Assembly: GCA_963751925.1 (NCBI GenBank)
Contig: CAVVWJ010000002.1
Span: 518,774-582,773, forward strand
DNA from: an uncultured Gemmatimonadales bacterium
Lineage (GTDB): Bacteria; Gemmatimonadota; Gemmatimonadetes; Gemmatimonadales; GWC2-71-9
DNA length: 64,000 nt
Direction: 5' to 3'
Below the pieces are notes generated by a model. That model had not been told where the DNA came from. It worked only from the letters and a program-made list of their open reading frames with translations, and searched no databases. The translations under genes were made by a program, and so were the position numbers. Within the stretch, counting starts at the first letter, position 1. Each line of letters starts with the position of its first letter. Shown here one piece after another: positions 54,581 through 64,000 of the stretch.

Positions 54581-55757
54581 CGTAGATCTGGAGAAAGCGA
54601 CCGATCGTTGCCGTCGGTGAATAGGTGTGCAGTGCATGCTGCTTCCCGGCCTCGGTCAAGCGCTCCCGAAGCGGAGCGTCGCTCAGGAGGCGCTCGATCT
54701 GTCCGGCGAGATCATTCCAGTCTCCATCGCGTGCGATCAAGCCGGTCCGCTCGTGCTGAACCACCTCGGGAATGCCGCCGGCCGGTGTGGCGACCACCGC
54801 AGAGCCTGCGAGCAGCGCTTCGACCAGCGTGAGGCCCAGCCCCTCCGCGTTGCCTCTCGTGGGCAGGACAGTCACGGTACTCGCGCCATACTCGCCTGGC
54901 ATTTGGGCCTGCGGGACGAACCCCGACCACGTGACCGTGGAGCCTATGCCGAGGTCGGCGGCCAATCTCTGAAGCGCACGCAGCGCGGGGCCGTTGCCCA
55001 AAACCTTCAGGGCACATTCGATCCCTCGCCTTCGCAGCTCGGCCACGGCACGCAGCAGCACATCGACACCCTTGCTGGCGACGAGATTCCCCGCATACAA
55101 AATCCGGGGAGGCTGGACTTTATTCCCATGCCTGCCCTGGAGAAAGGATTCGACGTCCAGCGGCATCGGCGTGACCCGCACCTCGCTCCGGAGTCCTGGC
55201 ACGTTCTCCCCTATTTCCCGAGCCAGAAAATTAGAGACCGCCGTTACCTGGGCGGCCCGCCTCAACACCCTGCGTGCACTCTGGCGAAACAGGCGGCCCC
55301 GATGAAGCAGCCGGACGTCAGATCCGTGGCAGGTGACCAGGTAGGGTACTCCGGCCCGGCTGGCGAACCAACCACCCGGCAACCACCAGTGGGCATGAAC
55401 GACGTCAGGCTCAAACGTCTTCACGGCCTGACGCACCGCGTTCGAGAAGCTGAGCAGAAAACCGGGAAAGGCCAGCGCGGCCCCGAGTGAAAGCAGGGTG
55501 GTCTGATGGAGATTGCCGGTGTAGGCGACCCGCTCGAATCGATCGGGCGCATAGCGAAACCGCCGCAACTCAACGCCGGCCGAGCTCTGCTCGAGGGGAG
55601 CTCCAGGCGCATGGGGCGCGATGACAGCGACCCGGTGCCCCTCAGCGGCAATGCCTTCCGCGATTCTGGCGACAAATGCGCCGGCCGGATCTCCGGGGAA
55701 ACGAGGATAGTTGTGGGTGATCGTAAGGACTCTGAGCGGTCTAGCTGGCGAGGGCAT
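54549..55757 (-). CDS. Glycosyltransferase family 4
   Basis: HAHWW.P.G, TCHGSD, KGVD.LL, EGLGLTLVEA. Confidence 0.9.
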   Translation of the reverse strand: MPSPARPLRVLTITHNYPRFPGDPAGAFVARIAEGIAAEGHRVAVIAPHAPGAPLEQSSAGVELRRFRYAPDRFERVAYTGNLHQTTLLSLGAALAFPGFLLSFSNAVRQAVKTFEPDVVHAHWWLPGGWFASRAGVPYLVTCHGSDVRLLHRGRLFRQSARRVLRRAAQVTAVSNFLAREIGENVPGLRSEVRVTPMPLDVESFLQGRHGNKVQPPRILYAGNLVASKGVDVLLRAVAELRRRGIECALKVLGNGPALRALQRLAADLGIGSTVTWSGFVPQAQMPGEYGASTVTVLPTRGNAEGLGLTLVEALLAGSAVVATPAGGIPEVVQHERTGLIARDGDWNDLAGQIERLLSDAPLRERLTEAGKQHALHTYSPTATIGRFLQIYDDIADHQPGR

Positions 55758-56889
55758 CGCGATACCATCCCTCGCACAACTCAGCGACATGGTCCGGTGC
55801 CAGGCGCGCGCGCCATGCCTCTCCAACCAATCGACCCATAGCCAGCCGATCGGCATCGTGTTGCAGGTCCAGCACCGAGTCAGCCAACGCATCGGGTGAC
55901 GGAAGCGAGAGGCGCCCAGCTCCGGACTCGGGAACCACGTCTACGGCCGCGCCTCCATCCCAGCAGGCCACGACGGGAACCCCGGAGATCAGTGCCTCCA
56001 CTGCCGTCGATGCCACGCCGTCACCCCGAGCGGTATAGAGCATGACGTCAGCCCGCTCCAGGTACCCGCGCGTTTCCTCCGGCGTGGCGTCCCCAACGAA
56101 GCGAACCAGCGCGGTGATACCGAGCCGCTGCGTCAATCGCTCCAATGCGGAGCGCTCCGGTCCTTCACCAATGACCGTGAGGGGAAGATCGTGTCCGCAG
56201 GATGCCAGCACTGCGACCGTCTCCAGCGCGAGATCTACTCGCTTCGACGGAATCAGCCGTCCGATAATCACCCCTCCGCCGCCACCGCGGGTCCATGGGC
56301 GGGACCGCGAGTCGATGGGCATGGGGTGGATATGATCAGCGCCCACGAACCGTCCGGCTCCGGCCTGGACCCAACCTCCGACCACTCTCGAGATGGTGGT
56401 GACAACGGCAGCGCGCTGAAACAGCGGCCGAGCGAGAGATCGCGCCAGTCGGGATCGCTGGAGCAGCGACGCGTCGCTTCCGTGGACCGTCAGCACCAGC
56501 GGGATCCCCTCAGGAGTTGCGAGCCCGGCAGGCATCCACCAGTGAGCATGGAGCACGTCGGCTCCGGCGGCGACTTCCTGACGGGCGGCCGTCCGGAGCG
56601 CACGCCACAGCCGCGCAATGGCACTCCATCCAACCGGACTCCTCAGAGCAGCGGTAATACTGTCCCGAGTGGAGAGAGCGTTCTGAAAGGGGGCGAAGCG
56701 GACGCGGTGAATCGGAACGCCATCGAGCTCGGCCTCACCAGTGGCATCGCTGGGTGCCACTACTCGAACCGAGATCCCGCGTCGCATGAGGGCACCGGCA
56801 AGCGCGCCGACCGCGGCCCCGGAGAGGTCACCCGACCAGCGAGGATAGTTGTGGGTCAGGAAGACAACCCGGAGGTCAGTCCCTGGCGT
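55741..56889 (-). CDS. Glycosyltransferase family 4 (start uncertain: ACG 56889 or ATG 56952)
   Basis: LTHNYP, HAHWWMP.G, TVHGSD, GRL..KRVD, VEAL.SG.PVV. Confidence 0.85.
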   Translation of the reverse strand, partial: TPGTDLRVVFLTHNYPRWSGDLSGAAVGALAGALMRRGISVRVVAPSDATGEAELDGVPIHRVRFAPFQNALSTRDSITAALRSPVGWSAIARLWRALRTAARQEVAAGADVLHAHWWMPAGLATPEGIPLVLTVHGSDASLLQRSRLARSLARPLFQRAAVVTTISRVVGGWVQAGAGRFVGADHIHPMPIDSRSRPWTRGGGGGVIIGRLIPSKRVDLALETVAVLASCGHDLPLTVIGEGPERSALERLTQRLGITALVRFVGDATPEETRGYLERADVMLYTARGDGVASTAVEALISGVPVVACWDGGAAVDVVPESGAGRLSLPSPDALADSVLDLQHDADRLAMGRLVGEAWRARLAPDHVAELCEGWYRDALAS

Positions 56890-57832
56890 CGGGCTTCTCC
56901 AGGCGCCCCAGCGCTCGGGCGATCTCCCGAGTCTCCTCCCGCATCCCGGCAATCATTTCGCCGAGAAATCCAAACCCGAACAGCACGAAACCACTGATCA
57001 CCATCATCTCGACGAGATTGAGCAACGGCCGCAAGCCGATCTCGTAGCCGAAGCGAAGGACCAAGGCCACGATGCCGGCGAGAAAGCCGATGGTGAAGAG
57101 AACTCCGCCGGCCACCCCGAAGAACAGCATCGGTTTGCGGCCGAATCTGAGCTGAAACCAGACGGAGATCAGATCGAACAGGCCAACCGGGATGCGGCGC
57201 CAGTTGAACTTCGAGATGCCGGCTCGCCGAGGGTACAGCGGAATGGGTAAGGAGGTAAGCCGATAGCCGTCAGCGGCTGCGATGACCACCATGTACCGGT
57301 GCCAATCGGGTCGAAGCGGCACCCCCAGCATGACCTCGCGCCGATAGGCCTTGACCGAATTGAGATCGGTCACGCGGACACCAAAGAGCCAGCGGCACAG
57401 ACCATTGTAGATGCTGGAGACAAAGGCCTTTTCGTACTTCCCCTGCTTGGTTCCCGTGACGATGTCGGCGCGGCCCTCGAGAATCGGAGCAACCAGGCTG
57501 GGAATGTCCTCGGGCAGGTATTGCAGGTCTGCGGGATAGAAGACGAAGACGTCTCCCCGGGCGACGTCGCCGGCGGAGCGGAGGGAGTCGGCGATGCCAC
57601 GCTGGCGTCGGTGGGTGACGACCTGGAGAAAGGAGTGTTCCCGCTCCAGCTCCCGCAGCACCCGGTCGCTGCCATCGCGGGAGCCGTCGTTCACGACGAT
57701 CACCTCGAACGAGAAACCGGCTGAGGTGAGCGACTGGGCGCAGCGCTGGATGAACTCGGGGAGATTGGCGGCCTCGTCCTTCGCCGGGACGAGCACGCTC
57801 ACGTCCAGCGTCTCGACCGGAACAACCGTCAT
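56876..57832 (-). CDS. Glycosyltransferase family 2 (ArnC/undecaprenyl-P sugar transferase-like)
   Basis: VPAKDE, VNDGSRDG, ADLQ, C-terminal TM pair. Confidence 0.88.
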   Translation of the reverse strand: MTVVPVETLDVSVLVPAKDEAANLPEFIQRCAQSLTSAGFSFEVIVVNDGSRDGSDRVLRELEREHSFLQVVTHRRQRGIADSLRSAGDVARGDVFVFYPADLQYLPEDIPSLVAPILEGRADIVTGTKQGKYEKAFVSSIYNGLCRWLFGVRVTDLNSVKAYRREVMLGVPLRPDWHRYMVVIAAADGYRLTSLPIPLYPRRAGISKFNWRRIPVGLFDLISVWFQLRFGRKPMLFFGVAGGVLFTIGFLAGIVALVLRFGYEIGLRPLLNLVEMMVISGFVLFGFGFLGEMIAGMREETREIARALGRLEKPDARD

Positions 57833-59469
57833 ACCCGTTTCCGCATCCGTGCGGGGAGGATGCCGAGCTGATCGCGATACTTCGCGACCGTGCGGCGGGC
57901 GATCTGAATCCCCTGCTCCTGGAAGAGGTGAACGATCTGCTGGTCGGTAAGCGGCTTGGCGCTGTTCTCCTCAGCGACCATCTTCTCCAGCTTGGCGCGG
58001 ATCGAGCGTGCGCTGGCGTCCTCTCCCGAGGCGGTGGAGAGGGCACTCGAGAAGAAGAACTTCAGCGGCAGAACTCCGCGCGGCGTCTGCACGAACTTCT
58101 CGTTCGTCACCCGGCTGACGGTGGACTCGTGCATGTTGATCACCTCCGCGACTTCGCGGAGCGTGAGCGGCTTGAGGTATTCGATCCCCTTTTCGAAGAA
58201 GTCACGCTGACGATCCACGATGAAGTTCATCACCTTGAGCATCGTCTGCCGCCGCTGCTCGATAGCCTGAATCATCCAATTGGCGCTGTTCATCTTGGAG
58301 GCGATGAATTCCCGGTTCTCAGGCGTCATCTTCTTCTTGTCGCGCGCGATCTCCTGATAGGACCGGCTTAGCCGAAGGCGGGGCATCCCGGTATCGTTGA
58401 GGAAGACGTGATACCGGTCGCCGATCTTTTCCACGATCAGGTCAGGAATGATGTACCCGGCGCTCTGCTGGGAATACCGGAGACCCGGTTTGGGATCGAG
58501 CCGGGAGAGCTGATCGGCCGCCGCCTGCACCGCCGCCGGCTCGACTCCGAAGCGCTTCGCCAGATCGTTCCAGCGGTGGGCAATCAGGTCAGGGAACGCT
58601 TCAGCCACGAGCCGGTAGCTGAGTGAGCTGGTATCGGCCAGCTCGACGAGCTGTATCAGCAGGCACTCCCGAAGATCTCGCGCTCCCGTTCCCGATGGAT
58701 CCAGCCGCTGGATAATCTGGAGCATCTCTTCGGCTTCCTGCATGGTGTAGAGGGCCGGAGATCCGGAGACGGCAGCGGACGAGGATTCGGCGGCAGGGCC
58801 AGATGAATCAGTAGCGGACGTCGAGGAAACGTTGGACGGTACGATCTCAGACGCTGGGATACCAATCGCTGCCGGGGGCGCGTGCGATTGGGTGAGACCG
58901 GAGACAGGCAGGTCTCCAGTTTCCTCGTCGTCGTCGAAGTCAGGTTCGCCGTCCTCGGCACTGTCGGGCGCGAGATGGCCGCTCACCAGCAGGTTCACCG
59001 AATTGAGGATCTCCTCCAGACCGGCCGCGAGGTACCCCTCCTCATTGATGTTCCCGAGGAACTCTTCCGCCAGGAGCAGCTGGCGGGGTGTGAGGACCAG
59101 CATCTGCAGCTGTTCCCGGAGGTGATCGATCAAGTCCCGGGTTTCCACCGTCACCGGCTCGGTATACTCGAGCTGCTCGTACTGCTCGCGGGTACCACCT
59201 ACTTCGAATCCGTTGAGCAGGATCTCTTCCCAGTCCACCTCGTCCTGCTTCTCTTTTTCTACCTTCTCCTGCTCCGCATCCTTTTGATCGGGCGCTTCTT
59301 CTTCCTCGGGCTCGAGCAGCTCCAGGAATGGGTTGGCCAGCAACTCCTGTTTGAGATGCTGCTGCAGGTCCATCATGGGCATGTACAGCATGTCCATGGC
59401 CTGGTAGAGCCGCGGGTTGACCCGAAGCTCCTGCCTGAGGCTGGTATGCTGGGAGAGTCCGGTTCTCAT
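57829..59469 (-). CDS. rpoN: RNA polymerase sigma-54 factor
   Basis: NPFLE, GARDL.ECL, MHESTVSR, RpoN box ARRTVAKYR. Confidence 0.97.
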   Translation of the reverse strand: MRTGLSQHTSLRQELRVNPRLYQAMDMLYMPMMDLQQHLKQELLANPFLELLEPEEEEAPDQKDAEQEKVEKEKQDEVDWEEILLNGFEVGGTREQYEQLEYTEPVTVETRDLIDHLREQLQMLVLTPRQLLLAEEFLGNINEEGYLAAGLEEILNSVNLLVSGHLAPDSAEDGEPDFDDDEETGDLPVSGLTQSHAPPAAIGIPASEIVPSNVSSTSATDSSGPAAESSSAAVSGSPALYTMQEAEEMLQIIQRLDPSGTGARDLRECLLIQLVELADTSSLSYRLVAEAFPDLIAHRWNDLAKRFGVEPAAVQAAADQLSRLDPKPGLRYSQQSAGYIIPDLIVEKIGDRYHVFLNDTGMPRLRLSRSYQEIARDKKKMTPENREFIASKMNSANWMIQAIEQRRQTMLKVMNFIVDRQRDFFEKGIEYLKPLTLREVAEVINMHESTVSRVTNEKFVQTPRGVLPLKFFFSSALSTASGEDASARSIRAKLEKMVAEENSAKPLTDQQIVHLFQEQGIQIARRTVAKYRDQLGILPARMRKRV

Positions 59470-60626
59470 GCGACCGCCTCCAAACGAGTCCGCAGCCGAG
59501 CCGTCAGGGTCGGCCCGAGGTACAGCTGTGCGACCCGGTCGTCATAGACCAGATCACGGACACTGCCGGCAGCCTGCACTTTTCCTTCGAACATGATGTA
59601 GGCCCGATCCACGATATCGAGAGTTTGCTCTACGTTGTGATCCGTGATCAGTACGCCGATACCTCGGTGACGCAGACCAGCGACGATGGTTTGAATGTCG
59701 TGTACCGCGATAGGATCGACGCCGGCAAAAGGCTCATCCAACAGCATGAACTTCGGATCCGACACCAGCGCGCGGGTGATCTCGAGTCTCCGGCGCTCAC
59801 CGCCGCTCAATGAATACGCCTTGTTTTTGCGCAGGTGTTTGATCGACAACTCATCCAGCATCTTGTCGAGCTGCCGGTAGCGCTCGTCCCGGCTGAGATG
59901 ACGGGTCTCGAGAATGGCGAGAATATTCTCCTCGACGGTCATCCGGCGGAAGGTAGACGGCTCCTGCGCCAGGTAGCCGATGCCGTTCCGCGCCCGCTGA
60001 TACATGGGAGCATCCGTCAGCTCGACCCCGTCCAGCCGCACGCGGCCTTCATCGGGCCTGATCAAGCCGGTAATAAGGTAGAAGGTCGTGGTCTTTCCCG
60101 CGCCATTGGGACCGAGCAGGCCAACGATCTCTCCCTGCTCGACCCTCACCGTGACTTGATCGACGACCTTGCGGCCTTTGAAGCTCTTGCTCAGGTCGAG
60201 CCCTTCGAGCAGGCTGCTCTTGGTTCTGCGCCGAACGAACGATTTGGCGCGCTGCGCTGCCCGCCGAGCCGCACCGAGTAGGGCTTCGTAAACCGTCTGC
60301 CGTTCTTCCTTGGTGGGTCCCCACCATGCTACCCGAGGCTGGATGGTCAGCCATTCGGAGCCGCTGGTGTCGAGAATCCAGCCTTCTGTCGCCAGCCGAG
60401 GCAGCACCGAATTTCTAAGGTGGTGACGCACATCGTCGCCCGATACTTCCTGGTCGGCATCGCCGGCCGGCTGGTAGCAGGCCAGATACGCTTCACGATA
60501 GCCGAACACCAGGTCGGAGAACGCAATGCTGTCCGAAGGGCCGGCCGCGCGCACGATGGCTGCCAGCGCGATGGGGACCGATGGATCGCGGTCGCCGAGA
60601 GCAGCAACCCACTCTGGTGCGCTCAT
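59466..60626 (-). CDS. lptB: LPS export ABC ATPase with N-terminal extension
   Basis: GPNGAGKTT, GYLAQEPS.F, LSGGERRR, LDEPFAGVDP, ITDHNV, YLG. Confidence 0.93.
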   Translation of the reverse strand: MSAPEWVAALGDRDPSVPIALAAIVRAAGPSDSIAFSDLVFGYREAYLACYQPAGDADQEVSGDDVRHHLRNSVLPRLATEGWILDTSGSEWLTIQPRVAWWGPTKEERQTVYEALLGAARRAAQRAKSFVRRRTKSSLLEGLDLSKSFKGRKVVDQVTVRVEQGEIVGLLGPNGAGKTTTFYLITGLIRPDEGRVRLDGVELTDAPMYQRARNGIGYLAQEPSTFRRMTVEENILAILETRHLSRDERYRQLDKMLDELSIKHLRKNKAYSLSGGERRRLEITRALVSDPKFMLLDEPFAGVDPIAVHDIQTIVAGLRHRGIGVLITDHNVEQTLDIVDRAYIMFEGKVQAAGSVRDLVYDDRVAQLYLGPTLTARLRTRLEAVA

Positions 60627-61959
60627 CTGGTGCTCCGCGCCGCGGCAACGGTATCCGGCCGCTGTCGCAGGGAGTCGTTCTTGGCCGGCTCGGCTGCCTC
60701 CAGTTGAATTCCATCGACCTGGCCACGAATGTCGACCCGGTCGACACCGGCCTGCCCCGGCTTCATGGTCATGACGATGACGTCACCACGAGCGTAGTTG
60801 ATGGACGGCCGCTCGGGATATTTGCTATTGGGATCCACGTGATACGATTGGGCAGCCTTCCGGGCAATGATGCGGTTGAGAGCTGCCTTGCTGGTTCCCG
60901 CCGAATCGTGTTGAACGAACTGGGCGACCACGGTATCGCCCCGCATCCAGTCTCGCTGCTTGCTGACCGAATCGATGGTTCCGCCGAGCCAGGCTTTGCC
61001 GAAGCCACGCACTTCCTTGAGCTTCTGCCCCGGGGTATCGAGCGCGAGTGAGTCCGCTCGCATGGCATAGGCAGGCGAGTTGGCATAGGGTCGAATGGAA
61101 TCACCCCACGCGAGGGTCTGCTCCAGCTTCTTGTTGTTGATATCGAGCCCGATTGTGTCCGCCACCAGATCCCACTCCTTGCTGACGGCGTGACCCTTGC
61201 CCTTGGCCTCCACGTAGGTCAGATCCCTGTGGTCGAGCTTGAGGTCGAGCCGACGTCCCGAAATGTTGAAGCTGTCCCGTCCGAGACCCCGCATGACGGG
61301 TGTCCCGCCGATCAGAGTGCCATCGCTGCCCTTGCCGGTGTCCAGGCGGAGGGAGTCCCCCTGGCTGAAAAGTCACTGCGGTCGATAGTCACCTTCCCCC
61401 CGGCCCAGAGGCGATCGCTGCCCTTGAAGCGAACCCGGTCGGCGACAATGATGTACGGCTCGACCGGGCGGGACGCGGAGTCCGATGGAGCATACTGAAT
61501 CCGGGGTCGGCCAGTGGAATACATCTCCAGCGTGTCCCGCACACCTTTGACGACGCGGAAGTAGTCCAGAGCGGGGCCGGTCAGCGTCGAGCCGGTTTTC
61601 AGGTTGTGGGTGTTGACCCGCCCGCGAGCGGCCCAGCGTTCGCCGGTCCGGAAGTAGGTGCCCCGGTCGGCATCCATCGTCAGGGTGGAGTCCCGGTACT
61701 TCACGTTGCCGATGAACTCCACCACACCGCCGCCATACGAGGCGACGCTGTCACTCTGCATCGTGACCTGAAGGCCGCGGCAACTCAGGCGAACGTTTCC
61801 ACCGGCGAAATAGTTGGTTCCCTTCGAGGTCTCGACCACGCTTCCCTGGCGATCGACATTATTGATCTGAAAGACGCACTTGTCACTCTGGGCTTCCAGG
61901 CGTGGAGCGATGGCCAACAGAGCGCCCGTGATTGCCGAGATAGCGCAGATCCTGGTCAT
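60623..61959 (-). CDS. LptA/OstA-like beta-jellyroll protein, split by 1-nt deletion in a G-run near 61357-61361
   Basis: Signal peptide, GNV...ADR/ADS repeats in both ORFs; adding one G gives continuous ARGDSLRLDTGKG; between lptC and lptB. Confidence 0.75.
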
Positions 61960-62531
61960 TGCCCTGGCAGCAGCATGCCGTTACCGGACACACCGCGAGG
62001 ACGATCGGTCACCACGTTCTTGAACTCCGGATCGGAACGGAAACTGTTCCCCTCGAGATGTTCGGTACCTCGGTCGAAGGTGAAGTGCTTATCAGTAAGA
62101 ATGGTGTTGGTCGTGTTGTCATAGCGGAGCGTCTGGGTAGCGAGCCTCCGCCCGTCCGGTGCCACCACCAGAACGTCGCCAGTGGCTTCCATAGAGCCAT
62201 CCTGCCAGCGATAGGTGCCCCTTCTCGCGGTGAGGGTGGAGCTCTCGGCGCCCTTGATGTCGAAGAATGTCACTTTAACCTTGTGGAGCTCGGTCACCTG
62301 GGTCGCTTCGTAGAAAAACGCGGTGTCCGCCTCGACCCGGCTACGCCGAATCCCCTCCGCGGTCACATAATGCGAAAACCCTTCGAGCACCTGATCGGCA
62401 GTGTCCGAGGACTGTACCGTGGTGGTGGGCCGAACACCCGCCTCTTCACACCCAGTGGCGGTCCACATCACAAGGGACGAGACACCGGCGAGCACGAGTC
62501 GGAACACTGGTCGAAAGCGGGTGAGCGTCAT
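61956..62531 (-). CDS. lptC: LPS export periplasmic protein LptC
   Basis: ATG 62531, TATGC lipobox-like, L.A..G.Y, GDV.V, L.T..L.Y; follows kdsC. Confidence 0.8.
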   Translation of the reverse strand: MTLTRFRPVFRLVLAGVSSLVMWTATGCEEAGVRPTTTVQSSDTADQVLEGFSHYVTAEGIRRSRVEADTAFFYEATQVTELHKVKVTFFDIKGAESSTLTARRGTYRWQDGSMEATGDVLVVAPDGRRLATQTLRYDNTTNTILTDKHFTFDRGTEHLEGNSFRSDPEFKNVVTDRPRGVSGNGMLLPGQ

Positions 62532-63100
62532 TGGTCCACGTTCACCGTGCCAGAGGTCTGCCCGGCAAAGTAGCGCTCCAGAATGTCGGCCCAGTCTCCC
62601 CTGCCCCGCAGCAGCGCCTCCACCACTTCTCTGACTGCGCCGTGTCCGCCAGCGGCGCGCGTAACATACGATGCGACTGCCTTGACCTCGGGAACCGCAT
62701 TGGCAACCGCGATGGGCAGGCCGACACGCCGGAGCACAGGGAGGTCTGCCAGATCGTCTCCCACAAAAGCAACCTCGTCCCAATCGAGGCCCCGCCGCTT
62801 CAGCAGCTCCGCAAAGACTGCCTCTTTTCGAGGGCCCGGAACCTGAAGCAGCTCTTCCACTCTCAGCTCAGCTGCCCGCAGCGCCGTAGACTCAGAGCTC
62901 CGGCCCGAGAGCCATACGACCGGAAGGCCCGCGCTCCGAAGGAGGATCAGCCCCAGCCCATCCTGAATGTCGAACCGTTTGAGCTCCACCCGCTCGCCGG
63001 CGACAGGACCTATGAAGACACCGTTGTCGGTCAAGACGCCATCGACGTCGAGCCCCAGCAGGCGTACTCGGCGCGCCGCCTCGGCAGCGATGGAGCTCAT
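62528..63100 (-). CDS. kdsC: KDO-8-phosphate phosphatase
   Basis: LDVDGVLTD, DG.G, GDDLAD, GG.GAVRE. Confidence 0.93.
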   Translation of the reverse strand: MSSIAAEAARRVRLLGLDVDGVLTDNGVFIGPVAGERVELKRFDIQDGLGLILLRSAGLPVVWLSGRSSESTALRAAELRVEELLQVPGPRKEAVFAELLKRRGLDWDEVAFVGDDLADLPVLRRVGLPIAVANAVPEVKAVASYVTRAAGGHGAVREVVEALLRGRGDWADILERYFAGQTSGTVNVDQ

Positions 63101-63897
63101 ACCCGCGCTCTACCCCAGATCTCGAGCGTCTGACCCACCAACTCGGCGAGACGGTCGAGGGGCCACTGGGTGGCGGAGTCGCTGAGCGCATGCGCGGGAT
63201 CGGGATGGGTCTCGAGAAAGAACCCGTCCGCACCCGCAGCCGCCGCGGCCGCCAGCAGTGGTGGGATGAACTCACGCTGACCGCCACTGCTTCCGTCTTC
63301 ACCTCGCCCCGGCTGTTGCACGGCATGGGTCGCGTCGAAGATGACGGCTGCTCCCGTGACCTGACGCAAACGGGAGAAGTTCCGCATATCTACGACCAGG
63401 TCGCCGTAGCCGAAAAAGGTTCCTCGCTCAGTTACCGCAAGCTCGGATGTCCCGGCGCTCCGCACCTTCTCTATGGCGCCCGCCATGCCTTCGGCCGGCA
63501 TCCACTGGCCTTTCTTGACGTTCACCGGCTTCCCAGTCTGGCCGGCCGCGATCAGGAGATCGGTCTGGCGGCAGAGAAAGGCGGGAATCTGAAGAACGTC
63601 TACCACCTGTGCCACCGGCCCGGCTTGTTGCGCCTCGTGAATGTCGGTGAGCACCGGGAGTCCGCTCCGCTCGCGCGCCCGCTCCAGCGCTCTCAAGCCT
63701 TCGTCCATTCCGGGGCCCCTGCCCGCCGCAAGCCTCGAGCGATTCGCCTTGTCGAAGCTGGCCTTGAGACAGATCGGAATCCCCAGATCGTGCTCGATGC
63801 GCGCCAGCACGTCTGCCACTCTGGTCAGAACGTCACCGGGCTCGATGACGCACGGTCCGGCGATCAGAAATGGCGTTCGGCTGAAGGACCAACCCAT
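63097..63897 (-). CDS. kdsA: KDO-8-phosphate synthase
   Basis: IAGPCVIE, KASFDKANRS, QIPAFLCRQTDLL, KKGQ, DATHAVQ.PG. Confidence 0.97.
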   Translation of the reverse strand: MGWSFSRTPFLIAGPCVIEPGDVLTRVADVLARIEHDLGIPICLKASFDKANRSRLAAGRGPGMDEGLRALERARERSGLPVLTDIHEAQQAGPVAQVVDVLQIPAFLCRQTDLLIAAGQTGKPVNVKKGQWMPAEGMAGAIEKVRSAGTSELAVTERGTFFGYGDLVVDMRNFSRLRQVTGAAVIFDATHAVQQPGRGEDGSSGGQREFIPPLLAAAAAAGADGFFLETHPDPAHALSDSATQWPLDRLAELVGQTLEIWGRARV

Positions 63898-64000
63898 TAA
63901 CGCGAGCTCTCGGCCAACTCCTCAGCGGCCGCACGGGCCGGCGCCCCGGCGCGACGGCGCATGGCCGCCGCGATGAATCCTGCGAAGAGCGGGTGGGGAC
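63897..64000 (-). CDS. pyrG: CTP synthase, C-terminal fragment (continues past window end)
   Basis: PHPLFAGFIAAA...* with TAATG overlap onto kdsA. Confidence 0.8.
   Translation of the reverse strand, partial: PHPLFAGFIAAAMRRRAGAPARAAAEELAESSR

Noticed and set aside
61312-61380. Programmed frameshift or two genes in the lptA-like locus
   Set aside because: Break lies in a G5 run and one more G restores a continuous protein; typical homopolymer error

Overview
High-GC bacterial chromosomal segment; gene content and order (mcsA-mcsB-clpC, bamA-skp-lpxD-lpxC/fabZ-lpxA, bshC, lptC-lptA-lptB-rpoN) suggest a diderm such as Gemmatimonadota (inference). It is almost all core housekeeping and envelope genes. 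Nearly all genes from 1 to 46.6 kb are on + and all from 46.8 to 64 kb are on -, converging on a 28-bp XerC/D dif-like site (46655-46682) where KOPS-like octamers flip strand, so the window probably spans the replication terminus. Directly beside dif lies a DnaA-box-like array plus an IHF-like site. Other points: prfB with a programmed +1 frameshift lacking the usual internal SD; three intergenic inverted heptamer-repeat elements with different units; a methyltransferase coupled to bshC; a gnnA-like gene between lpxA and lpxB; LptB with a ~135-aa N-terminal extension; two paralogous unknown lipoproteins by tRNA-Arg; an Ig-stalked copper-radical oxidase by tRNA-Gly; a GT-C glycosylation cluster behind rpoN. 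Three single-base indels (lolD, YfhO/GT2 junction, lptA-like) look like assembly errors. No CRISPR, IS or prophage seen.
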